Virus record (IMG/VR): IMGVR_UViG_3300036985_006427
Coordinates: 32,001 to 96,000 of that record
Strand: one strand, 5' to 3'
Length of the DNA: 64,000 nt
Source: a virus
Under the pieces are notes generated by a model. It was not told the origin of the DNA, did no database searches, and saw only the letters and a program-made list of their open reading frames with translations. Position numbers and translations under genes: made by a program. Positions within the stretch are counted from its first letter, which is position 1. Each line of letters starts with the position of its first letter. This document shows, one piece after another, positions 48,369-58,351 of this stretch.

Positions 48369-51041
48369 TTAGCAACTAACCCATATAGGTCGATATTCGT
48401 TTCCTAACTTTATAGCAACAACGTATGTATTAACATTTAAAGTAAGTTTACTGTCCCTGTTGGTGACGTAAACACTTCGCCCAGCAGAAATTCCATTTTC
48501 ATATACTGTCAACAATCCAGATTGTGGACTAACGATACCTGTCACTGGCGTAAAGTTCTGAGATAATATTCCTTCAACGAACAGTGGATTGATGCTAGAG
48601 GTTGTGCTTACAACATGCCCACTGCAACTCATGTAAGCAACCATATTGTTGTTGCAATACCACGATTGAAGAACCTTGTTTCCACTTATTATTGGATTGC
48701 CTGAATGACCAACTGTGTCTTCATACCTAACTTCCAAAGGAGCTGTAGGAGTTAACCTTGCATCACCTATAGATATATTTCTCAAGTCTGTGCGTCCAGC
48801 AATAGCCTTGTTGATGGCAAGTCTGTTGGATAATGCTAAATCGGCTGGGTCAGAGAACAATCTTTGGTTATCGCCTAACCCTGCTACAATCTCAATATTT
48901 CCTGTTCCGCCTTCTCCGGCAGTCGCAGTTCCTTTGAGCGCAAATTTTCCGATACCAACGGAGCTTGTCAAAGTGGAGTTTAAACCAGCGCTGTTTCCAA
49001 TAAACACACAATCTACTGCTGAGTCTGAATTTTTACCAGCACTGGTTCCAATGCACACGGCGTAGGCCGTATTGTTAGAACCTTCACCAGCGGACGGTCC
49101 AATGAAAATATTATTGAATGGTGTTGAAAGCGTTGGGTTTGATACTGTAGCATTGGCTCCAGCGTAAGACCCAATGATAACTGAATTGTATTGACCGCTA
49201 GAACCAAAGGCAACGTCACAACCTATCATCACAGATCTTGCGTTTGCCGATGTGTTTACATTCAGTTCGTTTTCTGGGTTAGAAATCAAAACATTGCAGT
49301 TTTCTGCTATCGAAGATATTCCACTGGACACGTAGTCTGCTAAACCCTGCAAAGACATCTTGCCTATTTTAGAAGAATTTGTTCCGTCCAACTGAACAGC
49401 AACAAAAGTATTGTCTGTTCTGATGTTGTTGGATACTGAACCAGCAAGACCCAAAGATGAATAATTAAGACTAAAATAGTTTGAATTATTTGAAGCTTGA
49501 AATGCCTTGTTTACTCCAGATACTCCAAAAGTTGGAATCAATTCAAAAGAAGATAATCCATCCAATGAAGTTCCATCTCCGAAGAATATAGATCCTGTCA
49601 CATCTAGGTTGCCGTATAACCTACAGTAAGAGCCAATAGGGTCTAATTCAAGTAAAGTCTTTTTATTTGAAAGATCGGTATTTAGGAAATTGAATCTTAA
49701 TTTATCTCTAGCTGGATTGCCTGTGCCTGCAGGAGCATCATGGTCGATGACATCTAAGTTTATTACTTCTCTATCAGAGTTAGAACCAGTATTAATATAT
49801 TCTGTTGATACTTTAAATTCTGAAGCTTGCGTTTGGCTTACAGAAAAATATCCACCAAGAATTGTTAAAAATTTACCTCCTTGCAACAGATTGCCTGTCA
49901 CAAGAGGTGAGGTTCCAAATCCAATTGCCAAAGCTCCCGTTGGAGGCTCGTCGTTATTGCATAAGTTTCTTCCTATCAGTATTGTGTCTTTTACGACATA
50001 TGGGTTGTACTCGTCCGCATTTATCAGGTTATTACTGCCAATGATAACGTTGCCTGTGGCACTGGAGTAAGTCGTGAGATTTTCAGCTCCGACGATTGTA
50101 TTGTTTACTGATGATGTAAGACCGCTACCAGTTAAATATCCAATCATCGTGCTTCGTGAAGATTGAGAACTTTGACCGATATGAAAACCAGCAAAGTATC
50201 CGTAGCATGTATTTCTTATGCTATTTGCATTAACGGTTCTAACGTTGGGGGTATACCAACCTCCATGTGTATTTCCGTGGATGTTTCCGTATATCAGTCC
50301 GTGCAAGTTATTTTCTGGCACTAAATCTTGACTAAGCACAAGATTTGTTTCAGCTCCTCCATCATCTTTAAAGAACAAGGCTTGTGTTCTTCCTCCTCCA
50401 GAATATGGTTTTACGTAAATTTTACCAAAGTCTGCGTGATTTGCTGGCGATGAAGCTTGTTCATGCATGGATATTGTGCCGCTATCCTGATGACCAGCGC
50501 ATGAATAGGATATTGTCAGAGGCGCGTTTGCTTCAAATGTTCTGACGGAACCAGATCTTGTGAGCCCTAGGCTGATATAACCTCTTTCTGAAATTGACAA
50601 GTGAGAAAATTCAACACCTTGAGTGCCACTCGCGCGAATGAGAGAAAAATCAACAACAGTTTTATCTCCAGTCACTCCCGGTCCCGGATCAACACATGGG
50701 TTATTCCCATAATATCCGCCAATTATCGAGGCATCATCAAGAGCTGGGTCATAACAGATATGCAATCCTGATGACCTTGAGTTTCCGTTTCCCAATAATT
50801 CCAGAGAACTTCTATAAGATTTTGATGGACCACTAGAAAATCTGATATTAGAATTTCCAGTAGATTGAACGTTCAGTATAGTCGCAGGAAGAAAAGGAGA
50901 GCCTGTCGATGGATTGTATTCGGCGTTTGTTATGCCAACGAGACCAGACTGAGATGCTGTTCCGCCATTTCTTAAAATTGTGACAGCTTCTCTTACGTTT
51001 GAGTTGCCGTTATCAATATGTACAGATAATCTATCTTTCAT
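48369..51041 (-). CDS. Fibre/adhesin (890 aa) with YadA-like repeats
   Basis: NTIVG/NVIIG/VFIG..AG repeats; ends RPIWVSC. Confidence 0.7.
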   Translation of the reverse strand: MKDRLSVHIDNGNSNVREAVTILRNGGTASQSGLVGITNAEYNPSTGSPFLPATILNVQSTGNSNIRFSSGPSKSYRSSLELLGNGNSRSSGLHICYDPALDDASIIGGYYGNNPCVDPGPGVTGDKTVVDFSLIRASGTQGVEFSHLSISERGYISLGLTRSGSVRTFEANAPLTISYSCAGHQDSGTISMHEQASSPANHADFGKIYVKPYSGGGRTQALFFKDDGGAETNLVLSQDLVPENNLHGLIYGNIHGNTHGGWYTPNVRTVNANSIRNTCYGYFAGFHIGQSSQSSRSTMIGYLTGSGLTSSVNNTIVGAENLTTYSSATGNVIIGSNNLINADEYNPYVVKDTILIGRNLCNNDEPPTGALAIGFGTSPLVTGNLLQGGKFLTILGGYFSVSQTQASEFKVSTEYINTGSNSDREVINLDVIDHDAPAGTGNPARDKLRFNFLNTDLSNKKTLLELDPIGSYCRLYGNLDVTGSIFFGDGTSLDGLSSFELIPTFGVSGVNKAFQASNNSNYFSLNYSSLGLAGSVSNNIRTDNTFVAVQLDGTNSSKIGKMSLQGLADYVSSGISSIAENCNVLISNPENELNVNTSANARSVMIGCDVAFGSSGQYNSVIIGSYAGANATVSNPTLSTPFNNIFIGPSAGEGSNNTAYAVCIGTSAGKNSDSAVDCVFIGNSAGLNSTLTSSVGIGKFALKGTATAGEGGTGNIEIVAGLGDNQRLFSDPADLALSNRLAINKAIAGRTDLRNISIGDARLTPTAPLEVRYEDTVGHSGNPIISGNKVLQSWYCNNNMVAYMSCSGHVVSTTSSINPLFVEGILSQNFTPVTGIVSPQSGLLTVYENGISAGRSVYVTNRDSKLTLNVNTYVVAIKLGNEYRPIWVSC

Positions 51042-51044
51042 TGT

Positions 51045-52646
51045 TTATTCCTGATTCCGCTCGTCATGGTAAATGATACTGAATCCACGGGCTGTATTTA
51101 CATTTCTTATTCTGCTGGCAAATCTTTGAGTGATTTTAACTCCTGAATCCACAGTTCCGTACATAACAGTATAATTGTATCCACTTGGGTTGTTGCTTAT
51201 AATGTCGGTGCCAGATCGAGATATGAAGTTGATATCGTTCAGTGTCTGATAAGCATTGTTTACATGTGGCTCTTGACCAACAATCACTCTTTGACCAGAT
51301 GCTTCAAACGGCTCTAAGAATATTCCCATGCATCCGCTTTGAGTAACTACAGATGCGGTGTTTCTTCCCAACAGTCTGTCTGAAATTAAAGATGCTCCAG
51401 CATCTATTTCGAGAGAGATGTTGGATTCAAATCTAGATCTGCTGTACGGATTGTCGTTTGGCAAGCCGTTTAAAGTTGGGTCTGGCTGTTTGTATATGAA
51501 TTTGTAATCTCTTAAGTATGAATTTGCGGCACCACTAGAGTGAATTTCAAGACCAGCGCCATCCAGTGATACATCGTCTAGAAACCCGCAAACAGAAGAA
51601 TTATGAAAACCGTCATCTTCAGCGTCACAAAACCCACTGGTAGCCAGATGCAGGGTTTTGCATTCATAAAGACAGTTGGTTATGGTGTTGTACTCTACAT
51701 CGTTAGCTTTTAATTGACCGCTGATAACAACATCGTTGAAATAACCATCCCATCTCAACAATGGATGTCCGATAGCATATCTGTCGTTGATGTTTGGAAC
51801 CAAGTCACCATAGACTGTGAGCCTTGCATCAGCTATATTGTGCATGGCTCCAGATGGTTTTCCGCCAATTCCAACAAGATTTCCAGAAAAATATACTGAT
51901 TCATTTATTGAAGACCACGGTTTTTGACTTCTGCCTAAATTGAAACTACCACTGTTTGTTGGAGATATATCCCCAGAAACCTGAAGCATTCCAAAGTTAT
52001 GAAGAGAGTTTGTTCCAATTGCTAATTTATGCTGAGCTGGATTAAGATTTCCAAATAACAATGGAGCTTGACCCGAAAAGACTGGATTGCCATTTTGATC
52101 ACATACGGATTCTGACGATATGGGATTTGCCGAAACAACCAAAGTGTAGCTGTCGTTTGGACTCACGTACCAACCAGCTCCATGACCTATAGCAATATTG
52201 AAATCGCCAGTCTTGTTGTTGTAAAGCGTAAAGTTCCCAATGCCAATATTTCCAGAACCAATAGTATTTCCAGCTAACGACAGGTGACCCAAAGATGTGT
52301 TTGAACTTCCATATAAATTACATGAAAGTGAATAGCTGCCAACGGCAGTATTTCCGCTTCCATTATAATTATTTCTCAAGGAAGCATAACCAACCGCAGT
52401 ATTGTCTACGCTGGTTCTTCCAGCAAGAAACATACTGGATAAAGCTAATTTTCCAGCAAATGTAGTTCTTGTTTCTGGGGTTGAAAAATTACTTGAAACA
52501 AGTTCATTTCCAGCAAAAAAGTTTGGAAATGAATCTATTAAATCAATCAAGCTTGTACGTAAGTCAAGCGGAGATATTTCCTGAGTTGCATTGTCTGGAA
52601 GCAACCCCTGAATGTAAGTAATGTATTCAGCCTTTGTGAACCTCAT
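51045..52646 (-). CDS. Fibre protein (533 aa)
   Basis: PDNATQEISPLDLR N-terminus; NTAVG..SL..N..G repeats; GDISP..FNLG..PW repeats. Confidence 0.7.
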   Translation of the reverse strand: MRFTKAEYITYIQGLLPDNATQEISPLDLRTSLIDLIDSFPNFFAGNELVSSNFSTPETRTTFAGKLALSSMFLAGRTSVDNTAVGYASLRNNYNGSGNTAVGSYSLSCNLYGSSNTSLGHLSLAGNTIGSGNIGIGNFTLYNNKTGDFNIAIGHGAGWYVSPNDSYTLVVSANPISSESVCDQNGNPVFSGQAPLLFGNLNPAQHKLAIGTNSLHNFGMLQVSGDISPTNSGSFNLGRSQKPWSSINESVYFSGNLVGIGGKPSGAMHNIADARLTVYGDLVPNINDRYAIGHPLLRWDGYFNDVVISGQLKANDVEYNTITNCLYECKTLHLATSGFCDAEDDGFHNSSVCGFLDDVSLDGAGLEIHSSGAANSYLRDYKFIYKQPDPTLNGLPNDNPYSRSRFESNISLEIDAGASLISDRLLGRNTASVVTQSGCMGIFLEPFEASGQRVIVGQEPHVNNAYQTLNDINFISRSGTDIISNNPSGYNYTVMYGTVDSGVKITQRFASRIRNVNTARGFSIIYHDERNQE

Positions 52647-52655
52647 TGGTTATCT

Positions 52656-53144
52656 CTATTGTAGTTTAATTTGTAGTGTTGATAAGTCAAACTTTACAGA
52701 GTCGCCTTGATAAATAATTCTTGGGTTGTTTAATTGTGCATACATAAGCATGTTTCCAAGCCCGTACTGTCCTGAGTCAACAATAGCTATTCCGGAAATC
52801 CAGCCCCAATCAGTCAGAGCAGTTGGAAATAACACTGTGTTTGTATTTTTAATAAGTCCACTTCCAGCATTATGATCGGCAATGAAATATGACCAAACGG
52901 AATCTCCGTTTGTGGATGGATTGCCAAGATCATATCTCGCATAACCAGTTGATGCACCACCGGGAGTTCCAGATGGAATCTCTGGTAAAGTGCCGCCTTT
53001 TGCGTACTGAGATGATCCGGTGTTAGATTCTCTTGGAACCCCACTGCACAACGCTATAGCTATATTGGTTGGTTTTGGAAAAGAACCATTTCTAAAAAGA
53101 TGATGGAGCAATCCAGATTCCAAGTAATCAGAAAAAGCAGTCAT
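52656..53144 (-). CDS. Virion appendage/head-associated protein (162 aa)
   Basis: MTAFSDYLE..YAR..FPTA..WG.I..GD.VKF pattern; first gene after the MCP. Confidence 0.65.
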   Translation of the reverse strand: MTAFSDYLESGLLHHLFRNGSFPKPTNIAIALCSGVPRESNTGSSQYAKGGTLPEIPSGTPGGASTGYARYDLGNPSTNGDSVWSYFIADHNAGSGLIKNTNTVLFPTALTDWGWISGIAIVDSGQYGLGNMLMYAQLNNPRIIYQGDSVKFDLSTLQIKLQ

Positions 53145-53194
53145 AAAATTATCCTCTTTACGAATCCTATCTATTGGAATACGATTTACAAATT

Positions 53195-53205
53195 ATTATA
53201 CACAA
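53195..53205 (-). promoter_or_regulatory. Putative late promoter TTGTGTATAAT
   Basis: Identical to the copy at 56293; overlaps the terminator U-tract. Confidence 0.7.
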
Positions 53206-53240
53206 AAAAAGAGCCATCACCAAACAAATGGAGATGGCTC
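53204..53240 (-). terminator. Rho-independent terminator after the major capsid gene
   Basis: GAGCCATC-TCCATTTGTTTGGT-GATGGCTC followed by T7. Confidence 0.85.
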
Positions 53241-53270
53241 TTCTTGTAGATAAAAGCAGATTAAATACTA

Positions 53271-54278
53271 TTAGTATGAACCAAGGATAATTCGACGATT
53301 GTCGAGAACGCCAAATCCAAGTTCAGCAAATCCATAGTAACCAACTCTCTGCTGACGATGAAGTGAAGGATCTTCAAACACCTGAAGAGCCTGCTTCATA
53401 GGCATGATAAAGCTATCGCTAGAACCCTGATCGAGACCAATAACCAACTCTAGGTCGCTAGCCTGAACAGCGCCGCCAAGACCATTTGTGAAGAAGTCTT
53501 GGTACTCTTGACCTTCGCCAAGTTCGTCTAGGTCATGCAGGTTAACACCAAAGATACGAGTGATAGGAGCGCCACCTTCACTCGCTGAATAGATTTCGCG
53601 ACGGGTAACTTCATCAATCTGATCAAGACCCCAATTGCGAACATCTTCAAGAGATTCTGGAGATACGTAAAGATCAGTCAATCTACCTCGATTGGCTGAA
53701 CCAGTGTTGCCACCAGCATTTCTACGCATAACAGTCTGCATAAGAGAAACGAATCTCTTTGTGAATAGACCGGCTGTAGCATCACCGTCATAAACCAAGA
53801 TGTTGCGATCAACACCAGCAGCCAACAGCGTGTGAAAACCGTCATCGTTCATCTTCTTTACGAAGCCAGCTTCCATTACCTGTGCGGCACGAGCAGCAAC
53901 ATCCCAGCGAGCTTCACGAGCATAACGCAGCAAATAATCGATGCTGGACGTGATCGTGTAGGTAGGAATCGTTACATAATCACTTTCAACCGCACGTTCA
54001 GGAATACGACCGTGACCCGGATTTGTGTAAGCAACGTGCTCACCTTCAAGTCCCGGAGAAATCAAGTCGAGAGGATATTCAGTGCTTGCGCCCGGCTCAA
54101 CACTGATTGTCTCGAAGATATCAGAAAGAATATTGCCAACAAGAACACCCTTACGCAAAGGAAGTTCAAGAGCTTTAGCAAACTCACGCTGAGATGCAAG
54201 AGCTACATTCTGATCATTATCACCAGTCTTTGAAAAAAGACTGATAAATTCATTACTAGGTCTCTCTGTATATGACAT
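53271..54278 (-). CDS. Major capsid protein (HK97-fold, 335 aa)
   Basis: Position after scaffold and decoration genes, AAGGAG RBS, downstream terminator; ARWDVAARA..DLYVSPE..RQQRVGYYG pattern. Confidence 0.85.
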   Translation of the reverse strand: MSYTERPSNEFISLFSKTGDNDQNVALASQREFAKALELPLRKGVLVGNILSDIFETISVEPGASTEYPLDLISPGLEGEHVAYTNPGHGRIPERAVESDYVTIPTYTITSSIDYLLRYAREARWDVAARAAQVMEAGFVKKMNDDGFHTLLAAGVDRNILVYDGDATAGLFTKRFVSLMQTVMRRNAGGNTGSANRGRLTDLYVSPESLEDVRNWGLDQIDEVTRREIYSASEGGAPITRIFGVNLHDLDELGEGQEYQDFFTNGLGGAVQASDLELVIGLDQGSSDSFIMPMKQALQVFEDPSLHRQQRVGYYGFAELGFGVLDNRRIILGSY

Positions 54279-54311
54279 ATTATATATCTCCTTTAAAATT
54301 AAAGATTAGTT

Positions 54312-54797
54312 TTAGCCGAAGTTAGGAAGGTTAACGTAAACTTTAGCATAACCATCAGCGTCCTTGCGGGACATGAAACGGCCAATAGCCAAGTTACCAG
54401 ATGCTACTGCATTAGAAGCTACGGTTGAAATGTTACCAGCAGTAATATTGTCTGCATAAGCAACCGATCCCGGAACTGGAGTTCCAGTAACCAAGTTGGT
54501 TACAACCCAACCACGAGTTAGCACAGTTACCTTGCCACCCTTTTGTACTTCATCCTTGTACTGATTGATGTGAGTACGAGTAAGGTCTTTATCAACAACA
54601 TCGTTCAGCAAAATACCAACTGGAACGCCAGTAACTGCAACCTGCTTGTAAGCTACGGTATTGTCTCCCTGATCCATCGCTGCGCCAGAAGCGCTTAAAA
54701 CGTCCAAGCAAACAACGCCACCGCGACTTGCGGTTCCAGTCGTATAGAAAAAGCTGATATCTGTAGATTCTTCATATCTATCTGATTTAAGAGCCAT
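54312..54797 (-). CDS. Head decoration/cement protein (161 aa)
   Basis: Start corrected to MALKSDR (AGGAG RBS); PVGILLNDV..GGKVTV..GWVVT..IGRF beta-tulip-like pattern. Confidence 0.7.
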   Translation of the reverse strand: MALKSDRYEESTDISFFYTTGTASRGGVVCLDVLSASGAAMDQGDNTVAYKQVAVTGVPVGILLNDVVDKDLTRTHINQYKDEVQKGGKVTVLTRGWVVTNLVTGTPVPGSVAYADNITAGNISTVASNAVASGNLAIGRFMSRKDADGYAKVYVNLPNFG

Positions 54798-54825
54798 AGT
54801 TATATTCTCCTGTTTTTTTTTATAA

Positions 54826-55467
54826 TTACTTGTTGAGTACGTGATTTTCAAACCAGTTTGAAACACTCGCTCTGGTGGATTCAAGTTCATTGTGTTCTGG
54901 AACGATCAGTGTAGCTTCTGAACTTTCTATTTTTTCGAAAGTTTCTGGAGTTACTTCGGCTTCTGTGATCTTAGCCTTAGAATCCTTCTTCATAGATTCT
55001 TTATCTTCCGTTGACTTCTTTTCAAACATCATCTTCTTCTTGCCGTACATAGCAACTACGGCTTCAAAAGAAGCGTCATCAAGAGCATCAAAAGCAGCAA
55101 GAGTTGTTTCTACTTCTTCTTGCTCAAAACCAGCTTCTACCAAAGAAGCCATTCTCTTCTGCATCTTTTCTTTCTTCTTCATTTCTACCATGTTCATAGT
55201 TGCTTCGGCAAGCTGATTGCTCGATTGAGCCAAAGCGTCTTCGAGTTCAGCAACACGAGCCTGAGTAGACTTGATAACTTCATTAAGCTGATCAATCGTT
55301 GCGTGACTTTGTTCAGCGGCAGTCTTGAAGGAATCAACCTTGGAAGCAAATTCCTTGTCTTTAGCTTCTTCGATCTTTGCCTTGATAGCTTCGTTTTCAA
55401 TCTTAGCTTTTGCTAGCTGATCACGAACCTCTCTTAGCTGCGTTTCGAACAATGTATCTTCAGCCAT
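54826..55467 (-). CDS. Probable nested in-frame scaffold protein (213 aa)
   Basis: Internal AGGAG-N8-ATG (MAEDTLFE) at the protease/coiled-coil boundary. Confidence 0.55.
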   Translation of the reverse strand: MAEDTLFETQLREVRDQLAKAKIENEAIKAKIEEAKDKEFASKVDSFKTAAEQSHATIDQLNEVIKSTQARVAELEDALAQSSNQLAEATMNMVEMKKKEKMQKRMASLVEAGFEQEEVETTLAAFDALDDASFEAVVAMYGKKKMMFEKKSTEDKESMKKDSKAKITEAEVTPETFEKIESSEATLIVPEHNELESTRASVSNWFENHVLNK

Positions 55468-56277
55468 TTTAATTTCTCCTATTGAAAATTTAGAGTATGC
55501 ATTAAAGTTTATAACATTTGCAACCGTATTATTAAATATAACACTTCTCGGGTTCGCAGGCTTTGAAACCAACCCTTTGCCAGAAAAAGAAATGTTTGAC
55601 AAAGCACGACCTAATTTATAACCTTCATATACGCCAGTTCCACCGTAAGACTTTAGATGTTTGGTCAAAAACGCTGAAGCTTCATCGCGTTCCAATATTT
55701 TTGCCATACCCTTGTTGTCGATCATCGCATAATCAAATCCAGAAAAAAGACATTCCATAGAAACGTACCATTTTCCTTCTTCAATTTCAGCAATGATTTT
55801 GTCCATCCGCTCTTTGTTTGTTTCATCACTCCAACTGTTGTATAAAACAGCCTGAGTGATAATATCAAAATCTTCTGGACGGGCATCATCTTCGTCGGCT
55901 ACAGATTTACCATCCTTGGTTAAAACGTAAGAACCTGTGATATGACCAATTATATCATTTTCATCATGCATGAAATTGAATTGTTTATCTTCTGGAGTTT
56001 TCCTCGCAGCCCAAGTGGCTTCAGGAGTAAAAACGTCATCATTTTTATTCCATCCAGTAGAAACAAGAACAGACTCTATGTAGTAGAGGTCTAGCTGATT
56101 TTTATTCTCAGCAAGTGCTATCTGAAGAGAATCTGGTATTTTAATATGATCGGATATTGATGGTAACCCTCTCTTGTGTAGATCATCTACGCGAGAGCAA
56201 TAAGCTATAGATGCCTGAGTTTTAACTAACTCGGCTACTCCATCTTTAATTTCATGTTTAAAAATTTTTATTGTCAT
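54826..56277 (-). CDS. Prohead protease fused to scaffold (483 aa)
   Basis: N.NDD.F, FMHD..IIGH (His), VSME (Ser), G.GLV.KPANP; C-terminal coiled coil. Confidence 0.8.
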   Translation of the reverse strand: MTIKIFKHEIKDGVAELVKTQASIAYCSRVDDLHKRGLPSISDHIKIPDSLQIALAENKNQLDLYYIESVLVSTGWNKNDDVFTPEATWAARKTPEDKQFNFMHDENDIIGHITGSYVLTKDGKSVADEDDARPEDFDIITQAVLYNSWSDETNKERMDKIIAEIEEGKWYVSMECLFSGFDYAMIDNKGMAKILERDEASAFLTKHLKSYGGTGVYEGYKLGRALSNISFSGKGLVSKPANPRSVIFNNTVANVINFNAYSKFSIGEIKMAEDTLFETQLREVRDQLAKAKIENEAIKAKIEEAKDKEFASKVDSFKTAAEQSHATIDQLNEVIKSTQARVAELEDALAQSSNQLAEATMNMVEMKKKEKMQKRMASLVEAGFEQEEVETTLAAFDALDDASFEAVVAMYGKKKMMFEKKSTEDKESMKKDSKAKITEAEVTPETFEKIESSEATLIVPEHNELESTRASVSNWFENHVLNK

Positions 56278-56292
56278 ATTTTACCTCATGAC

Positions 56293-56303
56293 ATTATACA
56301 CAA
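56293..56303 (-). promoter_or_regulatory. Putative late promoter TTGTGTATAAT
   Basis: Recurrent motif upstream of the prohead protease gene. Confidence 0.7.
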
Positions 56304-56335
56304 AAAAATAAAAAACACAAAGAAAGCATCTTTTT

Positions 56336-58351
56336 TTAGCTTAACAATAACTCCACATAATTTGCGATAACAAGCTTTCTGTAATTTTCTATACTGTTTG
56401 CTGAAACTTTTATTTCTTTTAATTCTGATGGAATAGGCTTAAATTTTTCGGAGATAGCTTTGTATATAGAACCGTCGTTTAGATCGCACATTGGAGTAAG
56501 ATTCAACAACGTTGCCAATCTTAATTGCTCAAACTCTTGAGCTTCTGCTTTCGTTAGCTGTCTCATATTAGCTTTGCCTTTATTAGACAAATATCCATCT
56601 ATCAATATGGAGGTGTGATCAAAGGCTGACGTGACCCACATAAACAACTCAGCAACTCCCGGAGTGCTCTTTGGTGTATCCACACGCTTTTTCCTTGGAC
56701 CCTCATCTAATTTATTTGGAGGTCTTCCGTTGTCCTTTTTTGCAGCAGGGCTGCTTTTTAAACCAGTTTCAGGTTTAGATTCTTGTATGTCTTTATTGAT
56801 TTCACCTTGCTTTTCTATTTTTTCCATATCAATCTGCTGATTTGCATTGTGGAAAGGGCTGGCTTTTGGAGGCAGCTTTTCATCTTCTCTGGATTTAGCT
56901 TCTCTTTGTAGTCTAACCTTTTCTACGTTTGGAACTTCCTTGAATCTTTCAAGCACAGTTTCGTGAGAAATAATATCTCTGTCAGCAAGTTGAATCAGCA
57001 AATTCTTTTCACTGGATTCGTCAGATAGACTCATTTGATCATAAATAACATGAGCTGATTTTCTGAAGCCCATAGATTTTCTTATGTCTTCAAGTTCTTT
57101 TTCCCAAAACTTAGTGAGCTGATCTCTTCCGTACTGTAATCTTTCGACCAAGGTTTTAAGAGAGATAAAATTGTTTGTGAAACCACCTCCCTGTCCAGAC
57201 ATTCCGGTCAACGTTGGAGGAACTCCAAGTCCAGCAAAAATACTGTTTAGTACATTTTGGTATTTTTCAGCTCCCAAGAACTTGTAAACTTGAGAGTTAC
57301 TTTCTGTGAATTTTAACTCTGGTCCATAAACAAGCTCCATACATCCGCCTCCAGTATTGCTGGCTAGTATGTTTCTTAATTTATTTACACCTTCTTTTGT
57401 TGGTAAAACCTTGTGTTCAAAGCTTCCGAGTGTCCATAGTCTGATGTTTGAAATAGCACCATCCAACGCTGCCAAGTCTGCTAATTTCATTTTCTCCAAC
57501 ATTACAATGTCGTCAAGAATTGCGTAAACAAGTGGATTCGCCCATTGTTGCCAGTCGTCCTTTTTATAATAAAACACTGATAATTTTTCAGGATCTAAGT
57601 CTATCTTTCGATTATTGCTCTTTATACTGTTCTTGATGTTGGTTGGTAGAGTTTCAAGAACTTTTACCGGAATGGTGCCGTCTTTGAAGTTGTCAAAAAA
57701 AGAGTCTGAGCTTAACTGATAGTTTTGTTTGCCAAGAAAGAGACTAACGACACCGTCCTTCATGTCTATGGTCATTGGATTAAAGAAGTTGTACCTCCAA
57801 GGAATTACATTCTTTTTAATAGTTGGTATTTCTACCACTATGTCTTGAGCCAAAGATTTGATATAAGTAACTATGTCTTCACTGATATTAGCGTGACTTT
57901 TATATACAAAAACATTTCCAGTTCTGTACAGATTGTTTAAAAATCTTTCTGATCTCTCTTTGCCATCAACCTTTTTGAACCATTGCTGATAGAATTTTTC
58001 AACACTCTTGTTTTCATGAACAATGTTTATTCCTTGACAACCAAAATCACCCATTAAATCTATAATATTCCTTACAATCCCAACCTTATCATAAGCTTCC
58101 ATGCACATTTTTATTATACTTTTAGAGCGCGTAGGAATTTGCTCTTCTGGTCTAAACGCATAATAATCATTGCGAGTAAATCCGGGTTTTACAGATCTGT
58201 TTGGTTCAATGTTTAAAAAATCTCTGTGATAAGCTTTGCTCACACCGGCATAAGACTCGGAAGCTTCAGAAAAATTTTTAAAAGCCAAGGCTTTTGAGTT
58301 TTGATCGTTTTCATTCCAAGTCGAAAGAGAGCCGTTGGTTTTTTCAGACAT
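56336..58351 (-). CDS. Portal protein (671 aa)
   Basis: Between TerL and protease; VGIVRNIIDLM, LYRTGN.F, IFAGLGVPP, IISHET motifs. Confidence 0.85.
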   Translation of the reverse strand: MSEKTNGSLSTWNENDQNSKALAFKNFSEASESYAGVSKAYHRDFLNIEPNRSVKPGFTRNDYYAFRPEEQIPTRSKSIIKMCMEAYDKVGIVRNIIDLMGDFGCQGINIVHENKSVEKFYQQWFKKVDGKERSERFLNNLYRTGNVFVYKSHANISEDIVTYIKSLAQDIVVEIPTIKKNVIPWRYNFFNPMTIDMKDGVVSLFLGKQNYQLSSDSFFDNFKDGTIPVKVLETLPTNIKNSIKSNNRKIDLDPEKLSVFYYKKDDWQQWANPLVYAILDDIVMLEKMKLADLAALDGAISNIRLWTLGSFEHKVLPTKEGVNKLRNILASNTGGGCMELVYGPELKFTESNSQVYKFLGAEKYQNVLNSIFAGLGVPPTLTGMSGQGGGFTNNFISLKTLVERLQYGRDQLTKFWEKELEDIRKSMGFRKSAHVIYDQMSLSDESSEKNLLIQLADRDIISHETVLERFKEVPNVEKVRLQREAKSREDEKLPPKASPFHNANQQIDMEKIEKQGEINKDIQESKPETGLKSSPAAKKDNGRPPNKLDEGPRKKRVDTPKSTPGVAELFMWVTSAFDHTSILIDGYLSNKGKANMRQLTKAEAQEFEQLRLATLLNLTPMCDLNDGSIYKAISEKFKPIPSELKEIKVSANSIENYRKLVIANYVELLLS

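Noticed and set aside
34015-53144. Diversity-generating retroelement or invertible fibre cassette
   Set aside because: No reverse transcriptase, recombinase, TR/VR pair or flanking inverted repeats seen; paralogy is evident only at the protein level
54798-54890. ORF-track N-terminal extension of the decoration protein
   Set aside because: It overlaps the scaffold gene; a strong RBS supports the ATG at 54797
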